Numbered from the stretch's first letter, positions 1 through 14,021 are shown. The stretch: 64,000 nucleotides of DNA from Paraspadella gotoi (GCA_051294375.1 CM119265.1:28240260-28304259), one strand, 5' to 3'. Numbers and translations are program-made. The notes: generated from the sequence alone by a model not told the origin.

Positions 1-3000
1 AACCTAAGCAGATGTCCGGCAATATTTTCTAAAAGTTCCCCTTTTCTGTTCATTGATCACTTAACTTTATTTTAAACATATTATAAAAACGAGGCGCTTT
101 GAGAAAAGAGAGCCCGTTTCATTTCCCTACTGCGGAGTCCTCCTTCTTAAAATTTACCTTTGAATTCGTTTTTTTTCCCTTTTTTTTTTTTGTCGGTCAG
201 AAAATTTCGAAAGCTTCACCCAAAGACGACAAAGCCGACGCCGGCGCCCGGCCGCCGGCCGCCAAGACCGCCAAAGCCAGAGGAGGAGGGGGAGGAGGAG
301 GAGGAGGGAAGATTTTTTTTTTTTCTTCTTCTTTTTTTTTTTTTTTTTTTCATCGTTGTCATTTTTTTTTCAGCTCCAAAAACGAAAAAAGAAATTTGCG
401 GTTATCAAGACACCATTGCTGTTGTTAGGAGGTGAGTTATGGAGTAAATTATGTAAAAGAGATCAATGTTTGATTGGTTATATAAATAATTAAATTAATA
501 AACGAATTAATAAATAGATAAATATTGGTATCGTTTTCTAAACAGATTCGCGGAAGTCACTTATCTGCAAAATAAATTTGGCGACACTTACACTTTTCCG
601 AGAGTCCTGGTTCTCTCTACGAACATACGTAAGGTAATTGTTAAATGATTTTCTTTTCTTTATTCTCTTTTAATTTATTAAATTTATTTAATTTATTTAT
701 AAAATAAATTGTTTAAAAATCCAAAGGGCGAATACCTTCACCGAGTTTTACATCAGGGAGAAAACTTTTTGCTGATAAAATACGATTATCAAACTCCGTT
801 GCTTGATCTGTGCAAGTGAGTCTATTTTATATACAAAAGTTTTAAATTTATTTTAAATGAAAATATTTAAAATTTTGTTTAATACGAGTAAATCCTATTA
901 ACTTATGTATATTTTTTTAAAAAAGGTTAATCGAAGCGGCGTTAGAGAATTTACGCCGCGGGCGGCCAAAGCTCAGTCTCTATTCGCCTTTTTTGTCAAA
1001 GGTGAGTCAGTATTAGACAGTCACAACTTAATTCATTTCACAACTTAATTCATTTCACAAGTTAATTCATGTCACAATTTAAGTCATGTTACAACTTAAT
1101 TCATGTTACAACTGAATTCATGTCACAACTTAATTCATTTCACAACTTAATTCCTGTCAAAACTTAATTCATGTCAATTTAAGTATAAATAAAATTATAT
1201 TATGGCAGTTGCAATGCCATAAGGTACCATGAGGTACCCTGTGGGAAGCGTGAGGACGGCCGAAAACCGCATCGGGGGCATGGAAAACCCCCAAGCCTGG
1301 TTCCAAGCCCAGAACCCATTCCATGGCTGCTAAAGCGTTAAAGAAGTTGCGGATAACACTTTTCAACCCACTTTCAACCCACGCTTTACCAAAAGTTCAA
1401 GTCAAATCCAGTGAATTGAAGTAAATTCTAGTGTAAAATTTAATTAATTGGAATCATTTTTTAAAAAAAGTGTAGGCAATATTCTNNNNNNNNNNTAAAC
1501 TAGGAAAGGGAACCTAAGCACTGTAAGCAGATATTTTCTAAAAGTTCCCCTTTTCTGTTCATTGATCACTTAACTTTATTTTAAACATATTATAACCTTA
1601 TTTTTTATAAAATTTTTAGCCTAACCTCTTACCTTTTTTTAATCTTAGACATAACCCTTTAATTTTAACCTAACCTAAATCTTGATAACTAACCATAAAA
1701 AGATGAGAATCAGGGCTTGTTGGGAATTCACTTGTAATATTATATAATTTGGGTTTATGTTTGGCCCAGATTCAAAAATGCAAAGTTTTTAAAAAAATAT
1801 AAGGCATAAGGTTTTCAGCCCCAGTTAATTTTTTTTAAATTAAAGTTGGACATTGGGATTAAAAATTAGTGTAGTGATAAAGCTAGTCATTAGGATTACG
1901 AATTAAGCAAGTGATTAGAGTTAAAGATTAATATAATAATAAAAATTAAAATTAAAGTCCAGCATAAAGAAACAAAAACGAGGCGCTTTGAGAAAAGAGA
2001 GCCCGTTTCATTTCCCTACTGCGGAGTCCTCCTTCTTAAAATTTACCTTTGAATTCGTTTTTTTTCCCTTTTTTTTTGTCGGTCAGAAAATTTCGAAAGC
2101 TTCACCCAAAGACGACAAAGCCGACGCCGGCGCCCGGGCCGCCGGCCGCCAAGACCGCCAAAGCCAGAGGAGGAGGGGGAGGAGGAGGAGGAGGAGGGGA
2201 CGTCAACAAAGTGAGGCCGGATTCGCCGGAAACGTGGCGCGCCCGGCGCCGGAGAAACGTGAAACCCTGGGCGCAAAAGCCGCCCGTTTATAATCCTGAG
2301 AAGATCAGGGAAAAATTGGAAAAGCATCTCGAGATCAGTGAGGAAGGAAGCGGCACAACAAGTCGTAGGGACAGGGAAGATGACAGGGATCGCAGTGGGA
2401 GGTGCCCAGCCAATGTTTGACAGGAAGGGGAGAGTCGTGCCGCTACTGGCCCCGAGAAAGGGAGAAGGGGAGGGAAGGAAGAGTAACGAGGGGAAGGGGA
2501 AGGGAGAAAAGGAAAAGGAAGAAGGGTAGGGGGAAAGGAAGAAGGGGAGGGAGGAAAGTAAAAAGGAAGGGGAGAGGGAGGAAGTGGGACCAGGGGAGGG
2601 GAAGGCGCAGGAGGAGAAGGGCCGGTACATCAGGACAAGGGGAGGGAGGAGAGGACCATGGAGTAATGGACCCTGAAGAGCAGGAAGAGTACAAAGGGGA
2701 AGGGGAAGGAGGAAGGGGACAGGGGAGGGAGAAAGACATAGAGAAGGGGAGGGAGGGAAAGCGCACGGCATAGGGGAGGGAGTGATAGGGAGGTAAAGGG
2801 AGAAGGGGTTTCTAGGGGAGAGATAGGGGAAAGGGGAAGGGGACGGCGACGCACAGGGAGGAGCGGCCTGAAGAGGGAGGAAAGGAGAATGGGGACCAAG
2901 GGAGGTACAGAGTCAAGATCACGCACGTTCATGGGAGGGAGGGAGGAAAGGGGAAAGAGAAAGGGGAGGGAGAAGAGGAAAAGACGAAGGAGGAGGGAAG

Positions 3001-6000
3001 GAAAGGAGAAATGAGGGAGGAAGAGTAAGGGAGGGAGAGGGAGGAAAGGGGAATAGGGGCGCGAAATACATGGGAGAATGCGGAGGAGAGAGAGATTATA
3101 GGGAGTGGAAGGAACCGAGAAAAAGGGATCGGAGGAAGTAGGTAAAGGGGAAGGGGAGGGAGAGCGATTTACTGAGGAAAGGCATGAATCAGTGGCGAAT
3201 GGTGAAGAAAAGGTGAAACGGACAAGGGGAGGAGGAAGGAGGAACAGACGAGAAAAAGCCGGGGAACGATTATGGGAAGGTGTGGCACAGGAAGGTGGAA
3301 AGGCGTGTGTCGATCTGAAAACAGTTGAGCGAGGGAGATCAAAAGGTGTTACGGAAGAGAGGGAGAGAGGAGTAACCGGGGAAGGGGAGAAGGAGAGAAA
3401 TGCGAGAAAGGACAGATTATATTTGCATGGTAAGAGACTACGTTGTTGTCGGTTATTTTTGTTTGCAATGGCTCCTAATTTTTTTTCTATAACAAGACCA
3501 TTTTCTTGGTCTCGATTGGAAAGGGAGGAGGAGAGGGTAAGGGAAAAGGAGAGAGCCAGGAGGAGGCATATTATGGATATGAGTATATTATTTGGGCGTA
3601 AGAGGTCGTCGGGCAATAAGGGGAGGAACCGGGAAAAAGCGGAAAGAGGAGGTTGATACATTATGATTTGATGTGAAAATGTCAATTAATGAAATTTAGC
3701 CTTCAAGGGACAAATTGTTCGTGGGAGAGTAGCGTATGTTAACCCCCAATAAGGGGACAAGGGCGCGAGATGTTATCTTTATTGAAAGCGGCCGGTTCTT
3801 GTTTCTAGTTCTAAAAAATGGATGGGAGGAGTTTTCCAAACCTACTAGGGAAGGCCTCTCCGCGGTTTGAATTTATTTTTATTTCTTATTTTTTAAATCC
3901 TTTTCCAAGTTCCTCTTGATTTTTTTCCGTTGTATTCTTTGGGAGGGAGGTAGGGAAGAGAAAGAGAAAGAGGAGAGAGAAAATAGCAGGGAAAAGAATA
4001 GAGAAAATGGTCTTTATATGTGAAAAATCAAGTATCGAATTTGGGACAAAAATATTTTTCTTTCCCTCAATGGCACCTCGTCCCTACATTGAACCAAGGC
4101 AAATCACGAGGTACTCCACGTCTGTCTCCACCTGGGCACTGGCAACCAGCTGAGAGGGACCCTACTATTTATGTTATTATGTTGTAAGAGGGAATGACGC
4201 ACACTAAAACCGAAGCACAAGCCTGTTTAAAGCCAGTCAGCTTTATTAATGTAAAACTGAACCCTTTGCCGATGACATTTTTACATGTTGGTTATATCCG
4301 GAGTTCAGTCTTACTACTCTATAAGCAGTTTTTACGTCTCCGCTTTTGAATTAACTAGACTAAGAGGCGTTTTCCGCCAGTACAAGGAAAGAGAAGAGGA
4401 TGACAGCGAAATTGACACTAAACTACCTCTGGACAGGCGTCGACATAACTTCTTATTCCTTTGTCATTTCTTTAAATCTTTCATAGTTTTGCTTATGCCA
4501 ACAATAATAACGTCGGCGTTGCTCACTCGAGAGTCTATTGTCATTTTTTATTTCACAGCCACTTCCAAAAACGAAAAAGAAAATTGCCAGTATTGACGGA
4601 TTATCACAAGACACCAAAATAATTGTCTGCTCTTGATTAGAAGATGGATGAGTGTAGTTACTATGAGTGTAAGATGTTAGTGGTATAGAAAGGTAAAATG
4701 AGTCAGTTGAGTTTGGATGTGTTATATAAATAGTAAGATTTTAATTCAGATATAGATCAGAGTAAAACCCTTGGAAAATCTTGTTACATATCTGAAATCA
4801 GATATATTCGGATTGTATTTCGAGCAAACCCAGCTTTTGTGCGAAACAAGTCACGTATTTCTCTCTTGACGCCAATCTTATAATTCACCTACATTTTTTG
4901 TTAAGGACGCTACAATTTTTTAAACTAAAACTCGTCAACTTACACTATTATTTTTTTCCCCGAAATGCTCGTGTGTATTCAGTACGAGCAAAAGACTAAG
5001 AGCTGACCTCGTCTTTGATGCCTGTAATCTAGGCATATAAACGTTAAGTGATAGAATTGTTAATAGTGGCACCGTTTCCTCATTTGCATTTATTCTCTTT
5101 AATAATCGTTGTTAATTAAATTTATTTATTTATTTATAATGACAGAATGACTGGCTTCTGTTCAATAAAATCAATAAGCGAATACCTTCACTGGCCGGGA
5201 GGAGGGGAGGTAATCATAAAATAGACAATCAGTGTGACGTAGAACAACTTTTGGCCTGATAAAACGATTTAGGGGTCATCTTCACTCACTCCGTTGTACT
5301 TGAATTTTATTATATAGTGTTGTTCTTCTTTATTTGTCGGTTTTCTTCCGGATCTATAGAAATGGACGACAGTTCCTCATTTTGAAATAACATAATCGTA
5401 GCTCAAATTTAACTCAATCTTCGGTTCATTCCAAATGGCAAACCATAAGATTAAGAAATTTTCTGTTTTTCGTCATTATATCTACCTGAGCGAACCGTAA
5501 ATCCCCATAAAGAATGAAAAAATAATAACATGAAGCGGAAAGGTCGGAATGATAACAAGTTTTTGATATATTTTGAGATAACTACGAAGAGAGAGAGAGG
5601 TAAGAATCACGAAAATGGAAAGAATGGAGGACGGCTGTCAGGCAGAAAGGAATTTTAAAAAATAATCAATTTTAAAATTCTTAGAAATTGGGACAGCCTC
5701 AGCGTTTAGAGCAGTGAGACTCGAAACAGTAAAGTAAGAGTGTTTCAGTACAGTCAGTATTCTGCCTTTTTTGTCAAGGTGAGTCAGATTTAAGACTAGT
5801 CACAACTTAATTTATTTCACAACTTAATTCATTTAACAATTTAATTCATGTCACAATTTAAGTCATGTTACAACTTAATTCATGTTACAACTTAATTAAT
5901 TTCACAACATAATTCATGTTACAACTTAATTCATGTCAAAAATAATACATGTCACAACTTAATTCCTGTCACAACTTAATTCATGTCAATTTAAGTATAA

Positions 6001-6265
6001 ATAAATAAAGGTACCACGAGGTACCCTGTGGGAAGCGTGAGGACGGCCGAAAACAGCCTCGGGGGCATGGAAAACCCTCAAGCCTGGTTCCAAGCCCAGA
6101 ACCCATTCCATGGCTGCTAAACCGTTAAAGAAGTTGCGGATAACACTTTTCAGCCCACTTAGCGCTTTACCAAAAGTTCAAGTCAAATCCAGTCAATTTA
6201 AGTAAATTTCAGTGTAAAATTCAATTAATTGGAATCATTTTTTTTAAAAATGTAGGCAAGATTCT
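1..6265. repeat. Duplicated block (1-1484 vs ~1512-2200 plus ~4545-6265); likely haplotype or assembly duplication
   Basis: 1-84 matches ~1512-1595, 85-310 matches ~1975-2200, and ~350-1484 matches ~4540-6265. An N-gap at 1486-1495 separates the copies, and the second copy is indel-rich. Confidence 0.8.
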
Positions 6266-6327
6266 AATCAAAAGGTAAAGAGAGATAAACCTTAACAGTA
6301 ATTCAATAATTCACTTCTTACCTCCGC

Positions 6328-6369
<42 letters not shown>

Positions 6370-7435
6370 CAGGGCGGACCCGGTCACTGCTTCCTCGCCC
6401 AAAAGATGGTCTTGACTCCCCAAAAGTTAGAGAGGAACGATGCAGCGGCGAAGGCGTTGAAAAAGTTTTGGTGGGTAAGTTTGAATCGGGGGAGAGAAAA
6501 TAAAAAAGAGAGTAAGGCACAGTTATGAGAGGTAAAGCGAACGGCAGTGGTAAGTTGTAGATTAAATTGGTACTACTAATTTACTGATCAATTAATAAAG
6601 TCCAATGCAATAACTCGCCAACTTATTCATTTTTATTTTGATTTTTTTTATCATTAATTCATTCATTCATTCATTCTTTCGTTTATTAATTCCCACTTAC
6701 GTCTACTTTTATTAATAATTAATAATTAATAATTAATAATTTCATTTATTGATTAGTGGAATTCACCATCAAGTTATTCATCAATTGACTCAATTCCATC
6801 TCAGAACGTGAGTGGGGGAGCTGATGGTCCAAAGCGCTTCCTTCTGGCGAAGTTTGTCGAGTCTAACTTCATGGGCTGCTTTGTCACTGGAAGGCAACGA
6901 GGCAAGGCAAAGAAGCTGATGGTCGATTTGCAAGATTCGGTGAAACCGCAATGCACGTTTGTCTCTCTTCGCCGTTGGACATTGAGGGGGGCCCGGGTGA
7001 GAGAGAGAGAAGAGAGAGAGAGAGGAGAGAGAGAGAAGAAGAGAGAGAGAGAGAGAGAGAAAGGATAAAGGTTGAATGAGTGAAGAGAGTCTTGGACAAT
7101 TTGTTTATGTTATAATAGCTTAAAACTAAATCGTTTTTAATAACTTATTTAACTATCCTTCTCTCTCTCGTCTGCTCTCTCTCTTCTCTCTCTCTGCTCT
7201 CTCTCTGTTTGTCTGCTCCGCTTGCCGCTCCGCTGCGCTCTCTTCTTCTTCCTCCGCTTGTCTTCCCTCCCTTTCTCCTCCTCGTCTCGATCTCCCTCCC
7301 CCAGATTTCGACATCTACCAGTTATACTTCGACGCTCGAATCTACAAAGCATGGAAGAGACAACGCCTGATGCGAACGCCTGGCTTTCACATCCTCAACG
7401 ATGACGGCGTCGTGGAAGAAGTCGGCGCCGCCTGA
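199..7435 (+). CDS. NSMF: NSMF/NELF (Jacob)-like protein, 3' part; multi-exon, 5' exons duplicated in the assembly
   Basis: GT-AG exons 374-431, 546-633, 727-815, 926-1001, 6373-6474, 6805-6996, 7305-7435 (TGA) splice to ICGYQDTIAVVRRF...FPRVLVLSTNIRKGEYL...LIKYDY...GGPGHCFL...KKFWW...FMGCFVTG...KKLMVDL...PLDI...YFDARIYKAWK. This follows, in order, the NSMF C-terminal motifs as I recall them (EDTIAVV, PKVMLISS, GGPGH, IMGCYILG, YFDFRLYRLWK). An upstream exon (RKFRKLHPK...TWRARRRR) lies at ~2086-2330 and partly at 199-310. One frameshift is needed in 6805-6996. A degraded second copy of the middle exons lies at ~4560-5778. Confidence 0.75.
1020..1180. repeat. 17-nt minisatellite (TCACAACTTAATTCATK), second array at ~5800-5990
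   Basis: About 9-11 tandem units starting just downstream of an NSMF-like splice donor. Confidence 0.9.
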
Positions 7436-9138
7436 TTTATAATCCAGAGGCCCCGCCTGCTTCTCCCCAAGCGGTTCCGCCTGATTGATAACTAAAGGCA
7501 CCGCCTGATTAATTGAATGAAGCCGTCTGAATCCTTTTTAAAGAAATAAGATCTGCTGCCTGATTTTGCATCGCTGTCTTATTCATCGTTTTCTATAGCC
7601 ATATCCAAAAATACCGCCTGATAGTCTCATATGTTGGACCTCTATCAAGCGCCTTCTAATCTCCATGATTGCTTACTTGTTATCCTCGTGCTTGGTAAAT
7701 TGTTTTCCTTGGCCAAGCGCCGGACCATTAAACTAAAAGACGCAAAAAATAGCTTTCAATGCTCATTAGGCTTTTAAAATAATTAACTATATACAGAAGA
7801 AGCATTATAGTATTATTATTGACCAAATACAATCAAAACGACTTACGCCATAAAATTAATTCATTTTTTCATCAGATATAATACATTTTTTGGGATATAA
7901 TATATATAATATATATAATACATTTTTGGGGAGATAATCGCAGGTTCATGAACTATAACTGACCTCATTCGTTTATTTGGGAAATTTGTCGATTCAGAAA
8001 CCAACTTTGCGCTACTTAAAAAAATGTCATAAGAGGGAAAGAAAGTTTATGTACGTATTTTGTGTTATCCAAACTTTTGGATTCATTTGATATATGAATA
8101 TAAAAGTGGTGAGTCAAATACTATCTTTCTAAACAGAAATATTTATCCTGCCACTCTGTTAATATCGAGTTGAAAATCATGTTTTTCCTTTTTTTTAATT
8201 TATTTTATTTAGTAATGCAATCATATGAAAATAAAACATTTTTTCATATCTGACCAGTTTTGTTTTTTTTTTACTTTTGTACTTTGCATGTTTAATTAAT
8301 TCACAACCAATAATCGTTCATTATCATTTAATAAACAAAGAATACAACAATTTATGTTATTGATTGGAATAACTAGACTTTTAGTTTCAGGCAAAAAATA
8401 AGAGATTTACGAGTTGTGAAAAAATTGTCAAAGTTGAATTTCAATACACAAAAAAATATATTAATAACTATATTCAAAAATTTGTACAATCAAAGTACAC
8501 AGAATGTGTTTCATGTAAGTTGCAATTGGAAATATAAACTAATAGTCCATTCGGCAGCCTGCCCTCTTCCATCATATAAAGTTGTTTTAGTCTCCAAAAA
8601 TCCTTGTTGCAATTATGTTTTCAGTGAAAATATAGGTCAATTTTTAAAGTGCATAGAGACAAAAATAGGTCACTATACTTTGCTGCCTTTAATAAAATTC
8701 TAGGGCCGGATCAAAACAAATTTATTCAGTGTTAATGTTAAACTTTTTAAAAATCACTTTTGTATTTAAAAGTATTTATGGTAGGAATCTAATTTAAGGA
8801 TGAAAGAAGTAGGCGTTTTTTTCACAAAGCGCCACATTTTAGTTTCAATTTAGAATTTAGTTAGGATGAGTATGAGGAGGATGAGAATCGAGTTAGACTA
8901 CGGAAAAGGTTAGAGGTTAGACAACGGATAAGGTTAGAGGTTAGACAAAGGATAAGGTTAGAGGTTCTTTCTCCCAATCTTCACTTTAGGTTAGAGGTTA
9001 GATTACTGATTTGGTTAGAGATTTAATTATGGGTTTGGGTTTTGGGTTAAAGGATAATGTTTGGGAATCGGGTTTAGTATTTGGGAAAAGAGTATGGTTA
9101 AATATTTGGGTTGAAGAGACAGTAATTATTGTATTATT

Positions 9139-9177
<39 letters not shown>

Positions 9178-9784
9178 TGTATATAGCTCAGTCCACCATA
9201 CATCCCCCTCCCCTCAGGAGAAGTCTGTTGCGCCACTTCAGTGAATTGTTGGTGGAAAGTTGAAAGTGTTGTTTTTGCTGTTGTGTTCGGATTTTGAGCT
9301 CAACAATGAAGAGACAGTAATGATTGTTGTGAATTAGTGACAGAACCGTTCAATATAAGCTGTCTCTGAGCTTCCGATCAGGCTGTAACACCGTGTTAGG
9401 GTTGGGCTCCCGTCCCTCTTAATTGCTAGACGACCAGCGGGCTAGAACCCCGGACTTTAGGGGTGGGTAATAATAAATTTCAAAGATATTTTATTATTTA
9501 TAAGATTTTATAATATTATTTTTAACTTTGCCTTTACTTAGTTGAGAGAATCATAAAAATTCAGCATAAAAGTTAATGAAAAGGACAGCAATAAAAACTA
9601 ATTAACATGTAATATTTTTCAAAAAAATTCTTCTTGCAGAATTAAATACGAACCAAAATTAATCAAGTTNNNNNNNNNNCTCTCTCTCTCTCTCTCTCTC
9701 TCTCTGTTTCTGTGTCTCTTTCCATCAATTCATCATTTCCTTTTCATAATTTTCATATTTTTCTTTCATTTTTCATACCAAAAA

Positions 9785-12227
9785 ATGAATTTCTCAAAAT
9801 GGGTGCCTTTCGTTTTTGTCATTGTCAATGTTGCAGATGTTGTTACTGATCTTAGAACAACATCGATCTTCAGCGGAAAAAGATTCAAGGGAATGAAATA
9901 TATTGGAATCGCGATGGGCGTTGTACTCTTAATTCACGCTACTGTATCGACCGCCTTTGTTTGGCGACATTTATCAAGAGACGCGTCTAATTATCCTCGC
10001 CTATGGAATGGATTTTGGCGCAAGGTCGCAACTATTAGCTTGTGCTGCATGGGTTTAGGCAATACAGTCGTTTCTCTTGATAACCAAATGGATATTTTTC
10101 AGATAAGATTCACCCAGAGTTCAGAGTCCAAAGCGATGCCCGGCAAAAACGTTTTTGTTTCGTCTCTCGATTTGCTTCATCTATTGCTAGAGTCCTTTCC
10201 GCAGATCTTGCTTCAAGCCGCAGCAATTTTTATTTCTTGGACAAGCGGGACAACCAAGTTTTGTTTTCCACAAGATGGCAAAGACCCCAACCTGAAAAAC
10301 TATACCCTGTTTGAAGAAAATTCTGAAGGAATATTGACTGAATCAATAGATAAGTGCACTTGTCAAAGAAAAGTAATAAAGTATATGATTTTTCTTTATA
10401 CGTGCAGCTGGCCCTTGGACAATTATGACACTTTGGCTTCTTTCATGCTTTCCACCATTGGGCTGGCATCTTTGGCAGCGACTTCGCGGAAACGAACTGC
10501 AAATTTAACAACCATTGATGTGTTAGGAGTTTTTCAAGGAGTTGTTGGAATCGCATTCAATCTTCTGTTTTTATATATTTGGGCTTTGAAATACTCACTC
10601 TGGATCTCTTTCATCACACCCTTGGTTCTTTTCAGAGTTTTCACAGTTTCTGAATTATGCAATCACATCAGTATTTTAATATTTTCAGGGTTACAAAGTA
10701 ATAACATTAAACAATTGCAAAAAAAAATAATAAGCAGAAAAAATATATTATTTGCTCCCTATTTTGTAATGACAGTCTGGAATGTACTGTGGGTTTCTAC
10801 ATTTTTTCATGTAGATAAAATATACAGGATCAAGTCTCACAACAAACAAGAGGAATGGATCCAAATTTCTGATTTTGATTCCCCAAGATGGGAATTATTT
10901 GACATCATAAAGAAATACTGGTATGGTATGTCCTTTGCTATAAACTTAAATACAGTATAAATTTTTTTTCTAAATTTATTTTTTTTAAAGGTATAACATA
11001 GAGGGTGATCTCCATTGTTACCAAACAAAAGGTTTTACAGATCACGAAAGATGGAACAGATTGCTACCAATTAAACTAATTAAGTCATGTGAGACCCTGA
11101 AAAGACTGTATCCTTTTGTTGAAATTCTGGATAATGGGATCTCATTTAAGCTCGGCAATTACAAAATTCTGGAACCACAACATTCTACAATTCTATGGAT
11201 GTTACTCATTGATTTTCTTTTAGGAATTTGCTACATTTCATACTTTTTGGTTCAAAGAAAGCTAGTGATGAAATTTCTGATATTTTTTATCACAGCAATT
11301 GGGCCGCTGATAACTATCTGCATAAATATTCATGCGACACAATTGCACGATATAGCTACCAATGAATCTGGATTATTTCAATGCTTACTCCCATATTGTT
11401 TAAAAAATATGAATTATAAATTACTATTTGCATCAAAAATAAATACCTACCAAAGTTTTAATCTATTTACTAATTTTGCATACACTTGTATGATATCAAT
11501 CTTTTTAATTTTATTTTTAGAGGCATATGCCGGGAAAAAGCCAGGCTTTTTATCCCATAATGACAAAAAAATTATAGGATTAACCGGAGTAATAACTATA
11601 ATTCTTCCTGTTAGCGCTTGGCTTGGATTAGCTTCTGTAAATAATAGGAAAAAGATTGGAGCTGAAATTTGGTCCTGCTGCACTTCAGTCCCCTGGTATG
11701 TTCAACCCAAAATGTATTACTACAACCAGCTCGTATTGCTGCTAATGAAAACCGAGGTACATTTCTTATTTTCTAACATTTTTTTATATCCTATACCAGT
11801 TTGGATCTTTTTAATTTTGAGTAAAATTCTAAAAAATAAAAAGGTTCTTTTAAAAATGCTTTTCATAATGATGTCACTAATTTTGTTTTTTCTAAATTTG
11901 GGATTTAATAAATATTTTAAAAATCCGAGTTCAATTAAATACCAAGAATATCCTTGGCATTACGACCTTATTTATGGGGATGATGTCAGGCTCTCTTTGC
12001 TTTCGACTCTTTCGCCGGCTGAATCCCCAAACTTCATTTATTTTGAAAGAATTTTACAAGAATTGTACATGCGAACAGTGGGAGACGTTGATCTCCCGCG
12101 GACTGACTGGATTTTTAATAATTTTTTAAAGGCAATCGATCGAGAAAGCTTCTACAGCTATGACATATTAAACGTACTGTTTATGTTTATCCCAGTCATG
12201 TTAGTTTTTTTAATTTTAGTTTATTAA
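9785..12227 (+). CDS. XK-related (Xkr scramblase-like) multipass membrane protein, ~790 aa, two exons
   Basis: ORFs 9785-10960 and 11061-12227 join through a 70-nt GT-AG intron 10921-10990 (KKYW|YNIEGDLHC); 1136+1237 nt = 791 codons. N-terminal VNVADVVTD and LLESFPQILLQ resemble the XK-family DxxTD and ESxPQLxLQ motifs. Many hydrophobic segments. Confidence 0.7.
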
Positions 12228-13020
12228 TTTTTTTTCTCATAAAAATGAACCAATTACAGGTAACGAAAATAATCTAATATCTTTAATCAAGGAAGAAAGA
12301 AATAAAGGAAAAAAGGAAAGAGTGGAATTGTTATCGAAGAGGAAAAAAGAAAGATTTTTGAGCAAATATCTAGTTAACAATAACATTATGTCCTTGCCAA
12401 ATAAAACAAGTTTAATTTTCATACAATCGCCTCTAACAATTTTCAAAAGAATCAAGTTTGAGTGAATAGATAATTTTTATATTTTTTATATTTTTACATG
12501 TGGTACATATAATTTTACGAAATTTTACAGTGAGAAATGTGGTTTTTACAATCAAAATAAGACGATAAAAGATTTGGAAAAAATATGTAGTAGAGACAAA
12601 TAAAAAGTGAGAACATAAAGAATTATCAAATATCAAGTTTCCTAAGCGAATTGAAAAGCCAATTGTTATGATTAAACATTTAGCTGGAAAAAGATTGATA
12701 AATAACTCTATAAATGTTTTATCCCTTTTTAAAGATCTCTACTTTTAATCAGCTTGTGTTTTGACATTTTTATTTTATTACATTTCTATTTCAGAATATT
12801 TGTATGTTTATTATAACAAAGAATAGAAATTTTTTCGTGTTTTAGATTGCAGATTTAATTCTCAGAAAGAAACAAAGATAAAATTGTCTGATAGTTTTAA
12901 AACAGATATGTTGGCGACAAAAATAGTATAATAATACAACCAAGTTAAAACGCAATAGATCGACAATATATTCATATGCATTGTCTATCAACAGTATTTG
13001 GCAGATATGTCAGGATGTGG

Positions 13021-13390
13021 TTTTTAGTTGCGCCGCGAATACTTGCGGAGCAACTCTATAAGTCACTTTTCGGTCGGTAGGTCTGTCTATTCATCGGCCG
13101 CTCTCACTTACGTTAAAAATGCATATATTTTGCCCATAGTTGGTTGTTTATTTGTTAGGACATGAAAAAACCTCAAATCGAAAGGACTGCTAGCGCCGCT
13201 TTTAGGAAATCCTAAAAATATAAGGAATAAAAGATGGAATTTCGATGCAGTGCATGTCATAAACACACGGGCTAAAAAAGTGGTTTAGTCATGTCATCTT
13301 ATGTCATGTCGTATTATGTGATCAGAGGGAAATATACGTGAAAATAAAGTCACTGCCTCGCAACACATTGGATGAACCGATCTTGCTTTT
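13021..13390 (+). mobile_element. Non-autonomous Helentron/DINE-1-like (HINE) dispersed repeat
   Basis: Starts in a T-run with a short inverted repeat (AGTTGC...GCAACT), then CTATAAGTCACTTTT and a CGGT/GTCT microsatellite. A clear reverse-complement copy lies at 44953-45270. Confidence 0.6.
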
Positions 13391-14021
13391 ATTTGAATCA
13401 GGTTTGAACAAGAAGCAACAACAGTGAAATAAATCGGGAATGAAATTTTCAACATTGAAGGCAACAAAAAAAAAATTATCCATTAAAAATAAAATAAAAT
13501 ACTTGAACAATTATTAGGAAAACAAAAATGTTGATGAGTGATGCCTCAGGGCCTCATCCACAACGGAGTCTCCACTGATGGAATCACTGAAAAAGGAAAG
13601 ATTGCTTGATCGAGTGATTGATATAATTAAGCTACACTCTGAACTAGTTTTTCATCAAAAAAATATCAATATTTTTGTAAATGTTTAATCGGTAAACTTT
13701 CATTTCATGTCATCGACTAAGACAAACTTAATCAGGAAAAAATCATTTTCCAAATTGTAATCGGCCAATGACTTGGGACATCCAGCAATTCTGTTCAAAA
13801 AAATTAACCATGACAAGAGTGAAAAATTAATAACTGTACATAAAATAAAAGTAATGATTAATTTCAACAATCACTTTTTTTCGTTATTCAATAAGTCAAA
13901 ATATAATATTGTGGCAGTTGCATAATCAGTTTTTCAATCTAAGTACTGTGAATTTAATAATAACATCATTTCTGACATACTGTAATTCGAGACTCAATCA
14001 CAACCCGTCACACATCCGTCA

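Noticed and set aside
1222-1360. Intronic segment encoding AAKALKK, like NSMF-like exon 6373-6474 (also 6010-6140)
   Set aside because: Similarity is limited to about 7 residues and there is an in-frame stop upstream, so an alternative exon is not supportable.
2330-4280. Long overlapping ORFs (for example 2630-3685, 351 aa)
   Set aside because: Purine-skewed low-complexity sequence that looks like uncorrected read filler. The frames are open because of composition and carry no motifs.
8895-9100. GGTTAG-rich stretch (and CTAACC at ~1620-1690) as telomeric repeat
   Set aside because: Short and degenerate, with no regular TTAGGG or TTAGG array.
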